Part shown: piece by piece, positions 16,125 through 21,884 of the stretch
Numbering within the stretch: position 1 is the stretch's first letter
How the letters are laid out: each line of letters starts with the position of its first letter
Assembly: GCA_042219045.1 (NCBI GenBank)
Contig: JBDGQO010000093.1
Span: forward strand, 1-21,884
Reading direction: 5' to 3'
Origin: Candidatus Bipolaricaulia bacterium
GTDB taxonomy: Bacteria > Bipolaricaulota > Bipolaricaulia > RBG-16-55-9
DNA length: 21,884 bases
Program-made: the position numbers and the translations under genes
Notes under the pieces: generated by a model
What the model was told of the DNA's origin: nothing
Database searches by the model: none
The model's input: only the letters and a program-made list of their open reading frames with translations

Positions 16125-16729
16125 GGCGCCGCGCGATGCCCATCCTCGTCGTGCTCGGCTCGGGGTGGCTGGGGGCGCTCGTCTTCGGGGGCGCGCTTCG
16201 TGACGCGCTGATCGTGCCCTTGCTGTATCTGTACTGGTACGTGCGGCTGTTTGTCGAGGCGTTGCCGCAGTGGCTGCTCTGGACCCTGTTCGTGATTCTC
16301 GCCGTGGCGTTGACGAGCCGCACCTGGTATCGCACGATCAAAAGCCAGGCGGAGCCGCACGGGCGTCGCTCGGAAATCGAGATGGGCGAGGTCGCTGGCT
16401 TGGCGGAACGGGTTCGGCTCTCCACCCGCGGCGGCTATTTCCATCGACGGTTGCGCCAGCGATTGCGCGAGCTCGTGAGCTCCGTGTTGGCGACGCGCCA
16501 ACGCCGGTCCCCCGAGCGGGTCCAAGCGGAGCTGCGGCGCCACCCGGACGAGCTGCCGGACGCGATTCGGCCCCTATTTACCGACGAGCCGCCGCGGCCA
16601 CGCCTGTCGTTTCGGCTGCTGCGCTCGTCCGACATCGACACACTCGCCCAAGCGATTGACTGGCTCGATCGTGAGACCGATCCGACCAACGGACACGAAA
16701 GGGGCAAGGCTGATCATCATGGCGACTGA
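16121..16729 (+). CDS. MoxR-cluster-associated membrane protein
   Basis: ATGA coupling to DUF4129; N-terminal TM helices; Arg-rich helical C-terminal domain; overlaps the MoxR start. Confidence 0.7.
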   Translation: MRRRAMPILVVLGSGWLGALVFGGALRDALIVPLLYLYWYVRLFVEALPQWLLWTLFVILAVALTSRTWYRTIKSQAEPHGRRSEIEMGEVAGLAERVRLSTRGGYFHRRLRQRLRELVSSVLATRQRRSPERVQAELRRHPDELPDAIRPLFTDEPPRPRLSFRLLRSSDIDTLAQAIDWLDRETDPTNGHERGKADHHGD

Positions 16730-17681
16730 GCTGAGTGAGGTCCACGCCCAAGGGCAACGGATTTTGGGCGAAGTCGAGCGGGCCGTGCTGGGCAAGCGCG
16801 AGATGCTGGAGGGGCTCTTGACGGCGATCTTCGCTGACGGTCACATGCTGATCGAGGACTTTCCCGGCCTGGCCAAGACGCTCATTGCGCAGAGTTTCGC
16901 CACGGTGCTCGGCCTGACGTTCAAGCGGATCCAGTTTACGCCCGACTTGCTGCCGGGCGACATCACGGGCGGCTACGTCTACGATCGCAAGAGCGGCGAC
17001 TTCGTGCTCCAACAAGGCCCGATCTTCGCCAACGTCGTCCTCGCCGACGAGATCAACCGTGCCTCGCCCAAGACCCAAGCCGCGCTCTTGGAAGCGATGC
17101 AGGAGGGCCAAGTCACGCTGGAGGGCGAGACGAAACGACTCCCTGAGCCGTTCGTCGTCATCGCCACGCAGAACCCCATCGAGTACGAGGGGACGTTCCC
17201 GCTGCCGGAGGCCCAGTTGGACCGATTTCTCCTCAAGCTGGACGTCGGCTATCCGTCCGCGGACGCCGAGCAGGAGATGCTGAAGCGCCGTCGCGAGCGC
17301 CGGACCGATGCCTTCCAGTTGCGCTCCGTGCTCGGCGGCGACGACCTCCTTGCGCTGCGGGCCGCCATCGAGGACGTCCATGTGGATGTCGACGTCGAGC
17401 GCTACATCGTGGAGCTCGTGGGCCGAACGCGCACCGACTCGCGGGTCACGGTCGGCGCCAGCCCGCGCGGCTCGTTGGCGCTGTTGAAGCTCTCGCGGGC
17501 CCAGGCGGCGCTCGAAGGCCGCTCGTTCGTGTTGCCCGACGACGTCAAGGCGTTCGCGGCACCCGCGCTGGCCCATCGGCTCGTGCTCGAGCCCGACCTC
17601 TGGATGGTGCCGAACGCCGCCGACGACGTCATCCAAGCCTGTCTGAGCAACGTTACCGTGCCTGTCGTCGACGCGGGATAG
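16719..17681 (+). CDS. moxR: MoxR family AAA+ ATPase
   Basis: EDFPGLAKT Walker A, RIQFTPDLLPGD, LADEINRA.PKTQ.ALLEAM, ATQNPIE.EGTFPLPEAQLDRF, GASPRG. Confidence 0.95.
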   Translation: MATELSEVHAQGQRILGEVERAVLGKREMLEGLLTAIFADGHMLIEDFPGLAKTLIAQSFATVLGLTFKRIQFTPDLLPGDITGGYVYDRKSGDFVLQQGPIFANVVLADEINRASPKTQAALLEAMQEGQVTLEGETKRLPEPFVVIATQNPIEYEGTFPLPEAQLDRFLLKLDVGYPSADAEQEMLKRRRERRTDAFQLRSVLGGDDLLALRAAIEDVHVDVDVERYIVELVGRTRTDSRVTVGASPRGSLALLKLSRAQAALEGRSFVLPDDVKAFAAPALAHRLVLEPDLWMVPNAADDVIQACLSNVTVPVVDAG

Positions 17682-17793
17682 GCGCCCGGGTCGCATGGGG
17701 CGGCTTCGGCAGGGACACGCTACCTAGGCCATGTCTGGCCGAGATCCTACGCTCGTCGAAGCCACGCGTGTCTAGCCATGACGACCGCTGCCC

Positions 17794-18915
17794 ATGGCTC
17801 GCAACCGCGTACATCGTCAACGTCGCCGCCGACGGCTATCTTGGCTCAGCGGGCTGGCATCGCTGGTGCTAGGGGCGCTGGCCGTGACGCTGCTCACCGG
17901 CCTCTCCGCCAGCGACGTCCCCGCATGGGTCAACGCCCGCGTCGGCCAGATGGACTCGGCCCAACCGAGCTCCGCTGAGACCCGACCCGATTGGCGCGCC
18001 CGCCGCGGGATCTATCTGAGCTCGGGACTGGCTTCAAGCCGCGAGCGCCTGCAGGCCTACGTGGACGAAGTGAAAGCCCATGACCTCGACACGCTCGTCA
18101 TCGACGTCAAGGACAACAGCAGCGTCGTTGCTTATCCCTCGGATGCGGAGCTCGCCGCGGAAATCGGCGCACGCCGCGTTCGCTTCAACTTGAGCAAGCT
18201 TGTCCGTTGGCTCCATGAGCGCAACATTTACGTGATCGCGCGCCAGGTCGTCTTCCACGACCCGAAGCTGGCCGCTCATCTGGACAGCCCGATCGCGCCG
18301 TGGGTTCCGCCAACGAACCCCAACGTGGTCGACTACAACCTCGCCATCGCCCGCGAAGTGGCCCAATCGGGCGTGGATGAGCTCCAGTTCGACTACATCC
18401 GCTATCCGGACGGCGGCGCATACGAGCCCGTCTACGAGGAGCGCTACCGCGCGATCACGTCGTTCGTGGAGCGCGCGAACGCGGCCGTCGGCGATAAGAT
18501 CCACCTCTCCGCCGACGTCTACGGGCGCACGCTGCGAAGCTGGAACCAGCGCCGCGTCGATCCCATCGGTCAGAACCTTGAAGCCATGATGGCGCATGTG
18601 GATGTGCTGTCGCCCATGGTCTACCCCTCGCACTACGAGAGCGAGCGCTACTGGCACGATCCCTACGGCACGGTTCGAGACGAGCTGGCGCTCGGCCAGG
18701 AGCGCGGCCTGGCGATGCGGCCTTTCCTGCAGGCGTTCGAGCGCCACCGCCCCCCCGAAATGGACCAGCCGACCTACATTGCCGAGCAGGTCAACGCCGT
18801 TCAGGACTTGAACGTGAAAGGATATCTCTTCTGGAACCCGGAAGGCGACTACGGCAACCTCTGGTCGGCGCTTGAGCGCCAAACTTCGGCGCCGGCGACG
18901 TCCACCGCTGACTAG
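17794..18915 (+). CDS. putative glycoside hydrolase (DUF4015-type TIM barrel), N-terminally anchored
   Basis: Arg-rich N-terminus plus TM; RGIYL, LVIDVKD, YVIAR.VVF.D, DELQFDYIRYP, SADVYG, SPMVYPSHY, RPFLQAF, YLFWN. Confidence 0.8.
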   Translation: MARNRVHRQRRRRRLSWLSGLASLVLGALAVTLLTGLSASDVPAWVNARVGQMDSAQPSSAETRPDWRARRGIYLSSGLASSRERLQAYVDEVKAHDLDTLVIDVKDNSSVVAYPSDAELAAEIGARRVRFNLSKLVRWLHERNIYVIARQVVFHDPKLAAHLDSPIAPWVPPTNPNVVDYNLAIAREVAQSGVDELQFDYIRYPDGGAYEPVYEERYRAITSFVERANAAVGDKIHLSADVYGRTLRSWNQRRVDPIGQNLEAMMAHVDVLSPMVYPSHYESERYWHDPYGTVRDELALGQERGLAMRPFLQAFERHRPPEMDQPTYIAEQVNAVQDLNVKGYLFWNPEGDYGNLWSALERQTSAPATSTAD

Positions 18916-18988
18916 CGATTTGACCTCGGGCGGGCTTGCTCCATGAACGGTTTGTGCTGGGCAAGGTTCTGTCGCAGACTGGGGAGCC

Positions 18989-20269
18989 ATGGGGCGCCTG
19001 ACGCTGCTCGGGGTGAGCATCATCGGGCTGATTGCGGTCGGCCTGGCGACGCTGGAGGGGCGGGTCATCGCGCTGGCGCTGCCGCTGGTGCTCTATCTCG
19101 GCGTGGCGCTGTGGTCGCGGCCGGACCCGCCCGAGCTGGAAGTCGAGCGGACCCAAAGCGCCGATCGCGTCCATCCGGATCACCCCGTTCAGGTTCGACT
19201 GAGCGTGCGCAATACGGGCTCGGCAATGCATGAGGTCCGTCTTCGGGATCAAGTCCCGCCCCGCTTGGCGATCGCAGACGGGCACGCCGATGTGCTGACG
19301 TCGCTGGAGGTCAACGAGCAGCTGACACTCACCTATACGCTGCAGGGCGACCGCGGCGACCATCATCTGCCGGGGGTCGAGGCCGTAGCCCGCGATCCGT
19401 TCGGGCTGTTCCACACACGGAGAGAATATCGCACCTCTGCTCGCTTGCTTGTGCTGCCCACGCTGCGCCGACTTCGGCACCTGCCGATTCGGCCGCAGCA
19501 GACGCGGCTCTTTGCCGGGCCCATTCCCGCCCGCTGGGGCGGGCCCGGTGTGGAGTTCCACGGCGTCCGGCCCTACCAGCCGGGCGATCCGAAACGCTGG
19601 ATCCACGAGCGGGCCAGTGCCCGCCATCCGGATCAGCTGTTCACGCGCGAGTTCGAACAGGAGCGCATGGCCGAGGTCGGCCTCATTCTCGACGTCCGAC
19701 GGAACCGGCAGATGGTCGGGCCGGATCCGACGCTGTTCGAGCACGCCGTGGAGGCCTGCGCGGCGTTGGCCCAGGCCTGGATCGAGGACGGGCATCGGGT
19801 CGGGCTGTTGATGTACGGGCGCCACATCGAACGGACGCCCCCGGGCTACGGGAAATATCAGCATGAGCGAATCCTGCGCTCGCTGGCCCATGCCCGAATT
19901 GGCGACCACCCCATGTTCGCCGACCTGGAGAACCTGCCGACGCGGCTGTTCCCCACGCGATCCCAGCTCGTGCTGATCAGCCCGCTGGCATGGGATGACG
20001 TCCCCATGTTGCGCACGCTCCGCGCCCGCGGCTATGCGCTGGCGGTCGTGACGCCCGATGCGATCCAGTACGAGCAGCGCCAGCTGGACGGGGACCAACA
20101 CGAGGCGCTGGCCGCCCAACTGCTGCGCACGGAGCGGCGGCTGTTGCTGCGCCGGCTGCGGGAGCTCGGGGTCCACGTCGTCGACTGGGACGTGGGGATT
20201 CCGTTGCAGCAGGCGGTGCATCGCGCGTGGCAGCGGGCCCCGCTACGGGCCGCGCCGCAACGACGGTGA
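18989..20269 (+). CDS. DUF58 domain protein (MoxR partner, vWA-like)
   Basis: N-terminal TM helices, Ig-like segment, DPFGL, EFHGVRPYQPGD..R.I, REFEQER. Confidence 0.88.
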   Translation: MGRLTLLGVSIIGLIAVGLATLEGRVIALALPLVLYLGVALWSRPDPPELEVERTQSADRVHPDHPVQVRLSVRNTGSAMHEVRLRDQVPPRLAIADGHADVLTSLEVNEQLTLTYTLQGDRGDHHLPGVEAVARDPFGLFHTRREYRTSARLLVLPTLRRLRHLPIRPQQTRLFAGPIPARWGGPGVEFHGVRPYQPGDPKRWIHERASARHPDQLFTREFEQERMAEVGLILDVRRNRQMVGPDPTLFEHAVEACAALAQAWIEDGHRVGLLMYGRHIERTPPGYGKYQHERILRSLAHARIGDHPMFADLENLPTRLFPTRSQLVLISPLAWDDVPMLRTLRARGYALAVVTPDAIQYEQRQLDGDQHEALAAQLLRTERRLLLRRLRELGVHVVDWDVGIPLQQAVHRAWQRAPLRAAPQRR

Positions 20270-20775
20270 GGCCCATGCCGCTCCGGATCGGCATCCGCGT
20301 CGCCCTCGCGCTCGCCGCGGTAACGATCGGTGGGGCCTGGCTCCTCGAGGGGCGCTGGCTCCCGGCGGGCATCATGGGCGTCCTGGCGTTGGTGGGGGAC
20401 CTCGGCCGAGCTCGGACGTCACCGCAACTCACGAACCTCGCGTTTGCGGGCACGCTGGCGATCGCCGTGATCGGCGTCGTGGAATCCGTCATGCCGGGCG
20501 CGATGTTCGCGGGAACCCTTGCGGCGCTGACGGCCTGGGACCTGTGCGGCCTGCAGGATCGCCTGGAGCAGGCCGACCACGTCGGAGCCGCAGCCCGGCT
20601 CCAAGTTCGTCATTTTGAGCGGTTGCTTGTTGTCCTGGCCGTGGGCGGCGGGCTCGGCGCCGTCGCGATGGTCGGTGCGCTGAGCCTCGGCTTCGGCGGC
20701 GCGCTCGGCCTGGGGCTGGTCGCCGTCATCGGCCTGCGGTGGCTCCTGCGCGCGACGGCGCGAAATCTCCATTGA
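20266..20775 (+). CDS. multi-pass membrane protein of the MoxR/DUF58 cluster
   Basis: GTGA overlap with the DUF58 stop (alternative ATG at 20275); about six hydrophobic segments; AWDL motif. Confidence 0.7.
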   Translation: MRPMPLRIGIRVALALAAVTIGGAWLLEGRWLPAGIMGVLALVGDLGRARTSPQLTNLAFAGTLAIAVIGVVESVMPGAMFAGTLAALTAWDLCGLQDRLEQADHVGAAARLQVRHFERLLVVLAVGGGLGAVAMVGALSLGFGGALGLGLVAVIGLRWLLRATARNLH

Positions 20776-20801
20776 CACGCCGTTTGGCCAACTGATACAA
20801 C
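20772..20801 (+). promoter_or_regulatory. sigma70-type promoter for the M42 peptidase
   Basis: TTGACA-N18-TACAAC with TGn extension; AGGGAG SD before the ATG at 20851. Confidence 0.45.
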
Positions 20802-20850
20802 CATTTCGGCACATCATCGCAATCATCCACAGTAGAGGGAGAGGTCTCCG

Positions 20851-21884
20851 ATGTCGATCGACCTGTTGAAGAAGCTGTCCGAAGCGGCGGGGGTGCCCGG
20901 CCGCGAGGAGACGATCCGCGGCATCGTCCAAGATGAGGTTGACGGGTTGGTGAGCGACCGACGCGTCGATCCCCTCGGCAACGTCATCGCCCACAAGGAA
21001 GGGCGGGGCGGCCCGAAGGTCATGATCGCGGCGCACATGGACGAGATCGGCTTTCTCGTCAGCCACGTCGACGAGAAAACCGGGTTCTTGCGCATCGACC
21101 CCGTCGGTGGCTTCGATCCGCGCGTCCTGATGGCGCAACGGGTCGTCGTCCACACCGACGACGGCGACCACGTCGGGGTGATCGGGGCCAAGCCGATCCA
21201 CGTGCTCACCGAGGAGGAGCGCAAGAAGGCCATGGAGATCAAGGACCTGTTCATCGATCTCGGCATGGACGCCGATGCGGTCAAGGAGACCGTGCGGATC
21301 GGCGACTTCGTCACGTTGCGCCAGGACTTCGTCGAGATGGGCGACTTCGTCAACGGGAAGGCGCTGGACGACCGCGTCGGCGTCTACGTCATGCTCGAGG
21401 CCCTCAGGCGCGTGGGCGAGCACGAGGCCGAGCTTTACCCCGTTGCCACGACGCAAGAGGAGGTCGGCACGCGCGGCGCGGGCGTCTCAGGCTTCGGCGT
21501 GGAGCCCGACGTTGCCGTTGCGGTCGACACGACCATCGCCAGCGACGTCCCCGGCACCGACGATCATCAACAGGTGACCAAGCTGGGGGGTGGCGTCGGC
21601 ATCAAGGTCAAGGACTCCGGATCGATCTCCAACCCGAAGCTGGTGCGCCATCTGCGGGATCTGGCCGAAGCGCGCGGCATTCCCTATCAGATGGAGATCC
21701 TTCCCCGGGGCCGCACCGACGCCGGCGCGATGCAGACGAGCCGCGAAGGCGTCGCCGCCGTGACGCTGTCGATCCCCTCGCGCTACGTCCACTCCGTGGT
21801 GGAGTGCGCCCACAAGGACGACATCGAGGCGACGATCGACCTCCTGGCGGCCTATCTGGAGGTCGCCCACGAGGGCGACTACGC
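20851..21884 (+). CDS. M42 family metalloaminopeptidase (TET/FrvX-like), 3' end beyond the window
   Basis: Translated by hand (absent from the ORF track): GVPGREE, AAHMDEIG, GKALDDRVG, TQEEVG.RGA, AVDTT, TDAG, IPSRYVHS. Confidence 0.93.
   Translation, partial: MSIDLLKKLSEAAGVPGREETIRGIVQDEVDGLVSDRRVDPLGNVIAHKEGRGGPKVMIAAHMDEIGFLVSHVDEKTGFLRIDPVGGFDPRVLMAQRVVVHTDDGDHVGVIGAKPIHVLTEEERKKAMEIKDLFIDLGMDADAVKETVRIGDFVTLRQDFVEMGDFVNGKALDDRVGVYVMLEALRRVGEHEAELYPVATTQEEVGTRGAGVSGFGVEPDVAVAVDTTIASDVPGTDDHQQVTKLGGGVGIKVKDSGSISNPKLVRHLRDLAEARGIPYQMEILPRGRTDAGAMQTSREGVAAVTLSIPSRYVHSVVECAHKDDIEATIDLLAAYLEVAHEGDY

Noticed and set aside
1..21884. CRISPR array, tRNA, IS element or prophage
   Set aside because: No spaced direct repeats, cloverleaf, transposase, integrase or phage genes seen

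Overview
High-GC bacterial chromosomal window, densely coding, with no rRNA, tRNA, CRISPR array or mobile element that I can support. In order: a Tat-exported right-handed beta-helix protein (+); a minus-strand RHH regulator-pncB-VOC/glyoxalase unit; a plus-strand DUF502-accD-accA-Crp/Fnr-DOMON-proline dehydrogenase run; a minus-strand 436-aa secreted coiled-coil protein with a C-terminal membrane anchor (Thermotoga Omp-alpha-like architecture); a ~650-bp structured divergent intergenic region containing a 19-codon ORF with a perfect Shine-Dalgarno; a 72-aa orphan-glk-class I aldolase-rpe-DehI-like run (+); a CPBP protease (-); a DUF4129-membrane protein-MoxR-[DUF4015 glycoside hydrolase]-DUF58-membrane protein cluster (+); and an M42 peptidase cut by the window end. 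Many soluble proteins look acidic, which suggests a halophile (possibly Bipolaricaulota/Acetothermia; inference only). The best leads are the coiled-coil envelope-spacer locus with its upstream region, the RHH-pncB coupling, the DehI-like protein in a sugar operon, and the glycoside hydrolase splitting the MoxR/DUF58 pair behind a pseudoknot-like leader. All family calls come from motif recognition by eye; no searches were run.
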